A stretch of 64,000 nucleotides of DNA from Candidatus Krumholzibacteriia bacterium. GTDB taxonomy: Bacteria; Krumholzibacteriota; Krumholzibacteriia; Krumholzibacteriales; Krumholzibacteriaceae. Positions 39,868 through 48,497 of the stretch are shown piece after piece (positions within the stretch are counted from its first letter, which is position 1; each line of letters starts with the position of its first letter). The stretch lies in assembly GCA_963836185.1 (NCBI GenBank), contig CAWIIQ010000001.1, positions 1,568,001 to 1,632,000 of the forward strand, given 5' to 3'. Position numbers and translations under genes: made by a program. Below the pieces are notes generated by a model. The model did no database searches. It was not told the origin of the DNA and saw nothing but the letters and a program-made list of their open reading frames with translations.

Positions 39868-40824
39868 ATGAAGAATACCTTTAATCGCAGAACGTTCTTA
39901 AAATTGGGTGCTCTCTCTTCCGCTTCTTTTATCGCATCCAGAAATTTATTTGGAATGAATCATCCTTTTACGTTGATATCTGAAAATGAAGGAGAATCAT
40001 GCCGTTTTAAGATTGGTGATCTTGAATGCTATTGTATAAACGACGGTGGCTTTGATTATGGTTATGACCACTTTTTTAAAAATGTCCCTGAAGAACAAGT
40101 TGAAAAAGTCTTAAGTGAACATAACTTACCTACTGGACCTATTTATACACCCTATACACATCTTATTGTTAAAAATGGAGAACAACTGATTCTTGTTGAT
40201 ATGGGAGCCGGGAATGTGTTGCCAAATAATGGCAAACTACCCATTACCATGAAATCTATCGGAATTGAACCATCTGAGATAGATACCATCATCATTACAC
40301 ACGCACATCCTGATCATATTGGTGGTACGCTTGATGATAAGGGAGAGCCTGTTTATGCCAATGCTCGTTACTATATGTGGAAAGGCGAGTGGGATTTCTG
40401 GTTTTCTGATAAGGCCTTTGACAAAACCTATGAATTCTTTGTGAATACAGCACGTGAACAACTCAGTCCCATCAAAGACAGGATGAATTTTCTAGAAGAA
40501 GAATCCGAGATCTTTCCCGGAGTTAACATAATCGAAGCTTCCGGACATACTCCCGGTCATATAGTCGTGTCATTTTCCTCAAAAGATGAACACCTATATT
40601 ACATCGGGGACACAGTATTATATCCTTTGCATCTGGAATATCCTGATTGGTTACCCATATATGACATTTTGCCCGATAAGGCCGAGGCCAGTAAAAGGAA
40701 GATTTTCGATCTTGTTGCGAGGGAGAACGCCTGGGTAATAGGGCAGCATTTTGTTCCGTTTCCAAGTCTCGGGCACGTAGTAAAAAAGGGAGATGGATGG
40801 CTGTTTCAGCCGATAAAGAAATAA
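39868..40824 (+). CDS. Tat-exported MBL-fold metallo-hydrolase (lactonase/organophosphate-hydrolase-like)
   Basis: AAGGAGG SD; NRRTFLK Tat motif; THAHPDHIGG, GHTPGH, GD, distal H. Confidence 0.88.
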   Translation: MKNTFNRRTFLKLGALSSASFIASRNLFGMNHPFTLISENEGESCRFKIGDLECYCINDGGFDYGYDHFFKNVPEEQVEKVLSEHNLPTGPIYTPYTHLIVKNGEQLILVDMGAGNVLPNNGKLPITMKSIGIEPSEIDTIIITHAHPDHIGGTLDDKGEPVYANARYYMWKGEWDFWFSDKAFDKTYEFFVNTAREQLSPIKDRMNFLEEESEIFPGVNIIEASGHTPGHIVVSFSSKDEHLYYIGDTVLYPLHLEYPDWLPIYDILPDKAEASKRKIFDLVARENAWVIGQHFVPFPSLGHVVKKGDGWLFQPIKK

Positions 40825-40859
40825 CGGCAGGAGGATCTGCCTGACCCGTTGATACCAAA

Positions 40860-40946
40860 TGGTGCCGGAGCCGGGAATCGAACCCGGATGGAGTTGCCCC
40901 CGGGGGATTTTGAGTCCCCTGCGTCTACCAGTTTCACCACTCCGGC
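40860..40946 (-). tRNA. tRNA-Leu(CAA)
   Basis: GCCGGAGTGGTGAAACTGGTAGACGCAGGGGACTCAAAATCCCC...GGTTCGATTCCCGGCTCCGGCACCA; 87 nt, long variable arm, encoded CCA. Confidence 0.97.
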
Positions 40947-41035
40947 ACAGCGGAAAGGTATTTTCATTATACAGCAGTGTCAAGTGATTTGGGGGGGATA
41001 TGGAGGAGCAGCTGGCGATCTCCGGGCATTTTTAC

Positions 41036-41063
41036 TTGACGCAGGCCGCTTTTTTGATAATAT
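41036..41063 (+). promoter_or_regulatory. Putative sigma70 promoter of tRNA-Ala
   Basis: TTGACG-N16-TAATAT just upstream of the tRNA. Confidence 0.5.
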
Positions 41064-41073
41064 ATCGCGGGTT

Positions 41074-41146
41074 GGGGTTGTAGCTCAGCTGGGAGAGCAC
41101 TTGTCTGGCAGACAAGAGGTCACGGGTTCGATCCCCGTCAACTCCA
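41074..41146 (+). tRNA. tRNA-Ala(GGC), CCA not encoded
   Basis: GGGGTTG/CAACTCC acceptor stem with G3-U70; CTTGT-CTGGCAG-ACAAG anticodon arm; GGTTCGATCCC T arm. Confidence 0.97.
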
Positions 41147-41209
41147 CTTTTTTTATATCCGGACCTACCCAGGGGCCCGGGCGCCAAGACCGAAAGGATG
41201 CTGAACGCC

Positions 41210-42592
41210 ATGGAAGGCAGCGAGGACCTCAAGGCTCTATGCATCTTCGAGGACGACAGATTCCCCAACTTCTTTCCACTTACACTCAATAAACCTGTTT
41301 TTGATCTGCTCATAGGTACGCAGACATTGATCGAGCGTATCAGGGGAGACGTGAAACACGAGGCTGTCGGTATCATATGCAGGCCGTATCTTGCCGATAC
41401 GATCAGGGAGAGATGGAAGGGAGCAGAGGGTGAGCCCGCTGCCGTGGTCAATGAGCCGACGGGCGCTGGAACATTCTTCGTCAATGGAAGGCTCCTCGCG
41501 TACGCGGATGACTTGGCGCAGCTTGCCGACGGGCTTGATATGAACGAGGTCCTCAGCAAGAACGGCATGCCGGTTGCGGCAAAGCTCGATGCGGAGAAGA
41601 CCGTTTCCTTCGGAGAGTACCTCCTTTCGGCACTCTCGGACGAGAAGGTAGAGAAGGTACTTAACGGCATCAAGAATGCCTCCGGCGAAAACGGCCTCGA
41701 AGAGGTCGGGTCCGGATACGATGAGGACCTGGCGGCCTGGGCCGAAAAGAACGGTGTCAAGGTAAAGGATACGAATGTCAAACTGCTCTCCTTCTACTGG
41801 CAGATCATCGTGGAGAACGGTCCCTGTATTGAGGACGATTTCTCGAAGAACCCTCTCAGGGGGGCCGCACCGGAATCTGCTCTCTACCGCGGGGTCGATC
41901 TGATAAATGAGGAAGATATACTGATAGGCGAGAGTGTCGAGGTAAGGTCCGGTACCGTCCTGGACGCCTCCTCGGGGCCTATCATAATCGCTGACGGAGC
42001 TGTGATAGAACCGAACGCGATAATATACGGGCCGTGCTATATAGGAAAGCTCACTATCATCAGGGGCGGGGCAAAGGTAGGAAAAGGCACTTCGATAGGC
42101 GAGCAATGCAGGATAGGCGGTGAGGTGGGAGAATCGGTCATTGCCGGCTACACGAACAAACAGCACGAGGGATTCCTCGGCCACTCGTATATAGGATCAT
42201 GGGTCAACATCGGAGCGGGCACAGCAAACAGCGATCTGAAGAATAACTACGGCAAGATAAAGGCATGGTGCGCAGGCGCGGTAAGGAATACCGGGCGGCG
42301 CTTTTTCGGGCTTGTCTGCGGGGATCATTCCAAGATCGCGATCAACACGAGGATCAACACCGGTTCGGTCATCGGGTTCAACGCGAACGTATTCTATACC
42401 GGCTACCCGCCTAAGTTCGTTCCGAGTTTCACCTGGAAGATGGAACCGGAGTTCGAGGTCCACGGACTTGACAAGGCGCTCGAGACCGCCGGCATAATGA
42501 TGGACAGGAGGGACGTCGAGCTTACCGAGGCGGGCTCAGAGCTCTTCCGTGTCCTCTTCAGGTTCACAAAGCTCGCGGGACATAACCTCTAG
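41210..42592 (+). CDS. GlmU-like putative sugar nucleotidyltransferase with hexapeptide repeats (start uncertain)
   Basis: F.PLT..KPVFDL..G N-terminus; left-handed beta-helix repeats; KQHEGFLGHSYIG.WVNIGAGT..SDLKNNY. Confidence 0.8.
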   Translation: MEGSEDLKALCIFEDDRFPNFFPLTLNKPVFDLLIGTQTLIERIRGDVKHEAVGIICRPYLADTIRERWKGAEGEPAAVVNEPTGAGTFFVNGRLLAYADDLAQLADGLDMNEVLSKNGMPVAAKLDAEKTVSFGEYLLSALSDEKVEKVLNGIKNASGENGLEEVGSGYDEDLAAWAEKNGVKVKDTNVKLLSFYWQIIVENGPCIEDDFSKNPLRGAAPESALYRGVDLINEEDILIGESVEVRSGTVLDASSGPIIIADGAVIEPNAIIYGPCYIGKLTIIRGGAKVGKGTSIGEQCRIGGEVGESVIAGYTNKQHEGFLGHSYIGSWVNIGAGTANSDLKNNYGKIKAWCAGAVRNTGRRFFGLVCGDHSKIAINTRINTGSVIGFNANVFYTGYPPKFVPSFTWKMEPEFEVHGLDKALETAGIMMDRRDVELTEAGSELFRVLFRFTKLAGHNL

Positions 42593-42623
42593 ACGCCGCG
42601 ACCGCGGCAGGACGGCATTATAG

Positions 42624-43433
42624 ATGAAATTCGACGAGACGATCATAATCGGAGAGAAACTGAACAGCACGAACACGAAGATCCGAAAGATCTTCGAGAA
42701 CCGCGATCTCGAGCTTCTTCTGTCGACTGCCGGGGAACAGATCGAAGCGGGAGCCTCTTGGATCGATATTAACGCGGCGATGCTGATGGACAGGGAACTG
42801 GAGACTATTCTCTGGGCCGGAAAGGCGATACTCGAAAAGTTCGACAGGGGGATCTCGGCCGACAGCCCCGACACTGCCGTCCTCGAGAAATGCGCCGCCG
42901 AATTCGGACAGCGGTGCATCGTCAACTCTCTTAACGCCGATGAGGAGCTCCTCAAGAAGATGCTGCCGGTCCTCGCACAGGCGGGAGCGGGAGTCATCAT
43001 AATGCTCAAGACTGAGGACGGGATACCTCCGCGGGCCGATGAACGTCTCGGGCTTGCCAGGGAAGCGGTCATCATCGCTACCGAGAGCGGGATGGAGCCG
43101 GGCAGGATATATTTCGACCCCGTATTTCAACCGGTGGCGACAGGGAGCGAGGGGCTTGCGACCGCGCTTGCCACACTTCGCGCACTCACATCCGAGCTGC
43201 CCGGGTATCACAGGATAGGAGGCCTTTCGAACGTCTCATACGGCCTGCCGAAGAGGAAAGTAGTCAACAGCGCGTTTCTCTCGATGGCTGTATCTCACGG
43301 GCTGGACTCCGTAATATGCGACCCTACCGACGGTAAGCTCGTCGATCTGCTGAAGGCTTCAGAGGCCCTTGCCGGGATCGATCCCGGCTGCCTGAGGTTC
43401 CTCAAACATTACCGGGCGGGCAGGAAAGACTGA
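42624..43433 (+). CDS. Stand-alone pterin-binding methyltransferase (AcsE/MetH CH3-THF-binding domain)
   Basis: IIGEKLN, IDIN, S.DSPD, VNS, FDP, GLSNVSYGLP motifs. Confidence 0.8.
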   Translation: MKFDETIIIGEKLNSTNTKIRKIFENRDLELLLSTAGEQIEAGASWIDINAAMLMDRELETILWAGKAILEKFDRGISADSPDTAVLEKCAAEFGQRCIVNSLNADEELLKKMLPVLAQAGAGVIIMLKTEDGIPPRADERLGLAREAVIIATESGMEPGRIYFDPVFQPVATGSEGLATALATLRALTSELPGYHRIGGLSNVSYGLPKRKVVNSAFLSMAVSHGLDSVICDPTDGKLVDLLKASEALAGIDPGCLRFLKHYRAGRKD

Positions 43434-43617
43434 ACGACCCCGTCGTCCTTCATATCGCCTTGTCATTCCCTCATTTTGCTCTGCCGAACCGCAATAACGG
43501 ATAAGCGGGGGTTTATGGCCGCTATCAGAGTGTCTCTCTATCATGGTGTCATTACAGCAGATAAGACATACCACGCGACATCAGTCTGCGTGGCATGACT
43601 CTTGATTATGCAGGTAA

Positions 43618-43739
43618 CTGCACGCGGAAAGTTCCCTGCGTTCTCGTGGTTTGTCCCTGACGTGTTTCTCATCCTCACGTGTTGAAGAAATCGTCGGACA
43701 GGGGTACACGTTCGATGCGGGGAACTTTATTTATTGTAG
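43618..43739 (+). ncRNA. Candidate structured ncRNA (long rod-like hairpin), family unassigned
   Basis: Six nested complementary blocks, the longest AAAGTTCCCTGCGT/ATGCGGGGAACTTT (14 bp, 2 G-U), in a 520-bp intergenic region. Confidence 0.4.
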
Positions 43740-43955
43740 CACAGACGCCGCATCCGATTCAACCTTCATCCCGATCTCATCTGATATCTCCCCGCGAAGT
43801 GGAAAAAAAATGTCTCGTTCGGACAATTTTCTTTTTGACAACGATTTGCCCGTGTGATATCTATGAGGCGAAGCAAGTTTATCAAGTGGGAAGAGATAAA
43901 AAAGCCGGAGGGAGGCTTTTTTAAGGTCCACTTTTAGCGAACGGGGTGAACGGCT

Positions 43956-44231
43956 ATGACGAAGGCAGATCTCGTCGAGGAAATCGCCAGGGATACGGGC
44001 CTGAGCAAGAAAGACACGAGCGTAATCGTCAATCTGATCATCGACAACATCTGTAAGGCTTTGGCCGAAGGTGACAAGGTGGAATTACGCGGGTTCGGCA
44101 GCTTCAAGGTGAAGAGCCGCAATCCCAGGAAGGCGAGGAATCCCAGGACGGGAGATTCGGTCGATGTGCCAGCTAAGCTGGTGCCCTATTTCAAGGCGTC
44201 AAACGAGCTGAAGACAAAGGTTAACGTCTGA
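43956..44231 (+). CDS. HU/IHF family DNA-binding protein (IHF-beta-like)
   Basis: MTKADL, VELRGFGSF, ARNPRTG, VPYFK. Confidence 0.93.
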   Translation: MTKADLVEEIARDTGLSKKDTSVIVNLIIDNICKALAEGDKVELRGFGSFKVKSRNPRKARNPRTGDSVDVPAKLVPYFKASNELKTKVNV

Positions 44232-44351
44232 TCAGACCGTACAGTCCTGAGAAATCGCCAGAATCCGTTTGCAAACAGCGGACGGATTCTTTATATATTG
44301 CTTTCTCGATAATGTAGGACACCGTAGCGGCGTTGAAGAACAGGAATTAAT

Positions 44352-44447
44352 ATGCCGAGTGGAAAGAAGCGGAAAAGAAAAAAGATAGCGACCCACAAGA
44401 GGAAAAAACGGTTGCGCAAGGACCGTCACAAGAAGAAGAAACGCTAG
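44352..44447 (+). CDS. 31-aa basic protein, bS22/AURKAIP1-COX24 family
   Basis: Manual translation MPSGKKRKRKKIATHKRKKRLRKDRHKKKKR; AGGA upstream. Confidence 0.85.
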   Translation: MPSGKKRKRKKIATHKRKKRLRKDRHKKKKR

Positions 44448-44549
44448 AAAGTCTCCGCACCGGCCGGCATCCGTGATGATTCCGGCCAATGGACAGGCAT
44501 CGCACTCATGTCAGTGTCCCCGGTTCTGCCGGGAAGAACAGGAGTTGCA

Positions 44550-44915
44550 ATGACTTCTCTCTCTGACAGACGTAAATCGCCGAGAGTCGCGGCTGAACTG
44601 CCTATCGCTGTCGAGGGCGGTCCATCCGAGTCTGTCGGCAAGACTCTCAATATCAGTGAGAATGGCGTTTATTTCGAGGTCCCTCACATAATCGAGCCTC
44701 TGACAAAGGTTCGCATGGAACTCTTCATCCCTACAAACGATGATCCTGACGACAAGGGTATCCGTGTGGGATTCGATGGTGTGGTAGTCAGGGTGGAGCC
44801 TGAAGAAGCAGCCGGGCACGTCGGTCCCTTCAGGGTCGCAGTCTTCTTTACGCACGTTCCTGATGAATCGCTGAAAGTACTGCTAGCGTTCATCGAGCGG
44901 AATGCGTCAGTATGA
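44550..44915 (+). CDS. PilZ-domain protein
   Basis: RRKSPR (RxxxR) and NISENG (D/NxSxxG); GGAG SD. Confidence 0.85.
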   Translation: MTSLSDRRKSPRVAAELPIAVEGGPSESVGKTLNISENGVYFEVPHIIEPLTKVRMELFIPTNDDPDDKGIRVGFDGVVVRVEPEEAAGHVGPFRVAVFFTHVPDESLKVLLAFIERNASV

Positions 44916-45057
44916 CAGCAGGGACATTCTCGTTCTGATATCCCAAACAATATCATCATATTGAGATTATTTCTGTCATGACAGCATAGCGGTAATGCTT
45001 GCGCTGGAACCGGGCTTATGCTAATAATACCGGCGAAAACTTCTCAGGAGGTGCCCA

Positions 45058-47113
45058 TTGGCGGGAAAAGGTTCTGTACTCATCATAGATGATGAACAGT
45101 CCGTTCTCGAGATCCTTGAGCAGTATCTCATAGAAAGGGGATACGAGGTCGGAGTCGCCGGCGACGGAGCCTGTGCCGAGGCCCTTCTGGGGGATCGCTC
45201 ATTCGATGTCGCTCTTGTAGACCTCAAACTCCCCGACTGCAGCGGTCTCGACCTGATATCACGATACCAGAACGATCATCCCTGCATGAAGTGTGTCATC
45301 ATGACAGGCTTCGCCTCGGTCGATTCAACTATCGACGCGATCAGGCTCAACGTCTTCGACTACATCCAGAAACCGTTCGATCTTGTCAAGATCGGGGAGG
45401 TCGTGGACGCTGCGTACGCCAATATCTCCATAGACAGCCAGGATAATGTCCGAAAAGAGCTTGAAGAGAGCAGAAACGACCTGAAGAAACGCGTCGTCAA
45501 GGCGAACGAGGACCTGGGACAGGCAAAGGATTCGCTTAACAGGCACGTTACCCGCCTCAAGATGCTCTTCCAGATGGGAAGGGACATCAGCTCCAACGAG
45601 AACTGGAACGACGCTCTGGACCGCTTCCTGATGGCCCTGTGCAAGTACATGGAGGCTGACGGGTCGGCTCTTCTGCTGTTCAGCTTCGGTGGAAAGGTCC
45701 TGCAGGTCAGGACCTCTTATAACATGGAGATGAAATATCTCCAGACCGCCGTGAACCTGCTTGTCGAGGCCCAGAAGAACGACAGGCTGCAGCCGGAGAT
45801 ATTCAGTCTCGACAGCTTCAAGGACGGCATACCGGTAACATGCCTGGCAGCCAGGAAAAACTGGAGCAACTCCGCTATACCGCTGCTCTTCAAAGGGCAG
45901 ATGGCTGGGATTTCTCGTACTGAGAAAGAAATACTCGTCGAGGCGTGAATATATCGGTGACTACCACTTCCTCACTACTATCCAGACGATCCTCACGGAG
46001 GAAGTCGCCAACGCGGTCAATATAAGCAGGTTAAGGACGCTGAAGGATTTCAACGAGACGATCCTCGAGAATATCAATAACGGAGTGCTCAAGACAGACA
46101 GGTCCGGCGAGATAGTATTTGTCAACAGCCGGGCGAGGGAGATACTCGGAGATTCGGCCGACAGAAAGCTTAGATTCGATGAGATCTTCCGGAATCCATA
46201 CGGAAGCGACAGTCTTTTCGAGCATCTTCTCTTCGCGACGGACAGGAACCATTCCCTCGAAGGTGTCCTGTCAATACCTTCCGGCGATACTATCCCCGTC
46301 AGGCTCAATTCGACCCTGGTCGAGAGCGATGAGTACAACGGCAAGTCTCTCGTCGTCGTATTCGAGGACCTCACATCCCAGAAGGCTATGGAGGAGGAAC
46401 TCAGAAGGGCCGACAGGCTGCGTTCGCTCGGGGAGCTCTCGGCGGGGGTCGCCCATGAGATCCGCAATCCGTTGACTGGAATAGCTACCACTGCCCAGGT
46501 ACTCAGGGAAAAACTCAACGGGGATACCGACAAGATCAGGTATATAAACGTGATCCTCGAAGAGATCAGGAGGCTGGACGGGATAATCACGAGCCTTCTC
46601 CAGTTCGCCAGGCCGCTTACGCCGAGACCGGCCGAGCTCTCCATAAGCGGAGTGATCGATGAAGCGGTAATGCTCGTATCGGACCAGGCCAGAGAGGCCG
46701 GCGTAGATATCATGGTCGAGAAATCACTGGAAGACGACGGCTGTTTCCTCGACAGGGACCAGATAAAACAGGTAGTTCTCAATCTCGTCATGAACGCGAT
46801 AGAAGCCTGCGACGAGGGAGGCGGAGTCAACGTCCGGCTGGGTATGGCGGAGGACCCGTCGAGCATAGTCATGCTGTTCGAGGACGATGGATGCGGCATC
46901 TCCGGAGACGCATCCGACAAGATCTACAACCCGTTCTTTACGACCAGATCAGAGGGTACGGGGCTCGGGTTGTCGATAACGCGCAAGATAGTCGAGAATC
47001 ACGGCGGGAGTATATCCCACGAGGGCAGGATTAGCAGAGGTACCACATTCCGTGTCAGGCTGCCGAGGAAGATGGCGTCCGCGATTGCGGGAGAGGTAGG
47101 GGTTACAACCTGA
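45058..47113 (+). CDS. Hybrid sensor kinase REC-(GAF-like)-PAS-HisKA-HATPase; +1 frameshift near 45893
   Basis: REC (IIDDE, D, KPF) in ORF 45058; reading FK-GRWLGFLVL runs without a stop into ORF 46085 with AHEIRNPL, NA, D.G.G, GTGLGL. Confidence 0.85.
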
Positions 47114-47123
47114 AAGGGCGGAT

Positions 47124-48497
47124 ATGCCGGGAAGAGTTCTTGTAGTAGACGATGAGAAGGCGATCAGGTGGTCGCTGGGAGAGGCGCTTCGAAACGACGG
47201 GTATGACGTTGCGGATGCCGAGGACGGGAAGACGGGGATCAAGACGTTCAAGGACGATCCTGCCGACATCGTCATCCTCGACCTGAAGCTTCCGGACAAG
47301 AGCGGAATAGATATCCTCAAGACATTGAAAAAAGAGGATCCCGAACTGCCCGTGATCATGATGACAGCGTACGGCGAGGTCGAGACTGCCGTCGACGCTC
47401 TCAAGGGCGGCGCCTACGATTTTATGCTCAAACCGTTTCAACTCGAAAAGATGAAGCTCGCCATCAGGCACGCGCTTGAAAACAGGCAGCTCAAGACCGA
47501 GCTAGACGGTATGAAGAAAAAGGTCAGCGAGAATTACAATATCAAGAGCTTCATCGGCAAGAGCGAGGTGATGCAGGAGGTCTTCGAGACGATCAGGAAG
47601 ATCGGCGAGAGCAGGGCCAGCACGATCCTCATACAGGGAGAAAGCGGGACGGGAAAAGAGCTTGTCGCAAGGGCGATCCACGACGCGAGCGAAGGCGGAA
47701 GGACGAGGCCGTTCCTGGAGATAAACTGCGCCGCTCTGCCCGAGTCACTTCTCGAGAGCGAGCTTTTCGGTCACGAGAAGGGAGCATTCACCGACGCCAA
47801 GATGAGAAAGAAGGGGCTTTTCGAGCTCGCCGAGGGGGGGACGATCTTCCTCGATGAGATCGGCGAGATGGGAATCACACTTCAGAGCAGGCTGTTGCGA
47901 GTTCTGGAAAACAAGACATTCCGGCGAGTCGGCGGGGTAAAGGACCTGAGGGTCAATACGAGGATAATCTCTGCGACAAACCGTGACCTGAAGGTCTCCA
48001 TAAAGGAGGGCATATTCAGAAACGACCTTTATTACAGGCTTAAGGTCATTCCGATAAACCTTCCCGCGCTGCGTGAAAGAAAGGAAGACATCCCTCTTCT
48101 GACGAACCACTTCATTTCGATGTTCAACAAGGAATTCAAGAAGAACATCAAAAAAGCGGGCAAGGAAGTGATGGCTATCCTCCAGGGATACTCCTGGCCC
48201 GGCAATGTGCGAGAACTCAAGAACGTTATCGAGCGGGCGATACTGCTCGACGCCGAAGAGGAACTTTTACCCGAATACATCCCCGCCGAGATAACTGGGG
48301 AGTGCCTGGACAGCGGTGATGGAACAGGCGCTGACGATTTTGCCTCCCTGGGTCCGATCAGCATCCGGGATATGGAGAAGAAGCTGATAATCAAGACCCT
48401 CGATGAGACCGGCGGGAACAAATCCCAGGCGGCGAGGATACTCGGCATCAGCCGTCAGACTCTCAGGGAGAAGACTAAGCTGTACGAGGTGGAGTGA
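47124..48497 (+). CDS. NtrC-family sigma54-dependent response regulator
   Basis: [25 protein letters not shown], Fis-type HTH. Confidence 0.93.
   Translation: MPGRVLVVDDEKAIRWSLGEALRNDGYDVADAEDGKTGIKTFKDDPADIVILDLKLPDKSGIDILKTLKKEDPELPVIMMTAYGEVETAVDALKGGAYDFMLKPFQLEKMKLAIRHALENRQLKTELDGMKKKVSENYNIKSFIGKSEVMQEVFETIRKIGESRASTILIQGESGTGKELVARAIHDASEGGRTRPFLEINCAALPESLLESELFGHEKGAFTDAKMRKKGLFELAEGGTIFLDEIGEMGITLQSRLLRVLENKTFRRVGGVKDLRVNTRIISATNRDLKVSIKEGIFRNDLYYRLKVIPINLPALRERKEDIPLLTNHFISMFNKEFKKNIKKAGKEVMAILQGYSWPGNVRELKNVIERAILLDAEEELLPEYIPAEITGECLDSGDGTGADDFASLGPISIRDMEKKLIIKTLDETGGNKSQAARILGISRQTLREKTKLYEVE

Larger units (their letters stand above)
38646..40914. mobile_element. Integrase-less tRNA-Leu cassette B (unit 2214 bp), AT-rich, cargo SGNH hydrolase and MBL-fold hydrolase
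   Basis: Flanked by perfect 55-bp tRNA direct repeats; visibly AT-rich relative to its flanks. Confidence 0.75.

Noticed and set aside
41074-41146. Self-complementary C32-G38 anticodon loop and missing CCA in tRNA-Ala(GGC)
   Set aside because: A 32-38 pair is a known feature of tRNA-Ala(GGC), and CCA is commonly added after transcription.
40849-41292. ORFs spanning the tRNA genes and att copies (also 35864-36070 and 38519-38737)
   Set aside because: They are translations of tRNA or att sequence.
43651-43931. Short ORFs in the intergenic region before HU/IHF
   Set aside because: No SD motifs or recognisable domains; they overlap promoter-like and structured sequence.
43956-44231. HU/IHF gene as a dedicated part of the cassette system
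   Set aside because: It lies outside the repeats among housekeeping genes; it may act as a host factor, but its proximity is not evidence.
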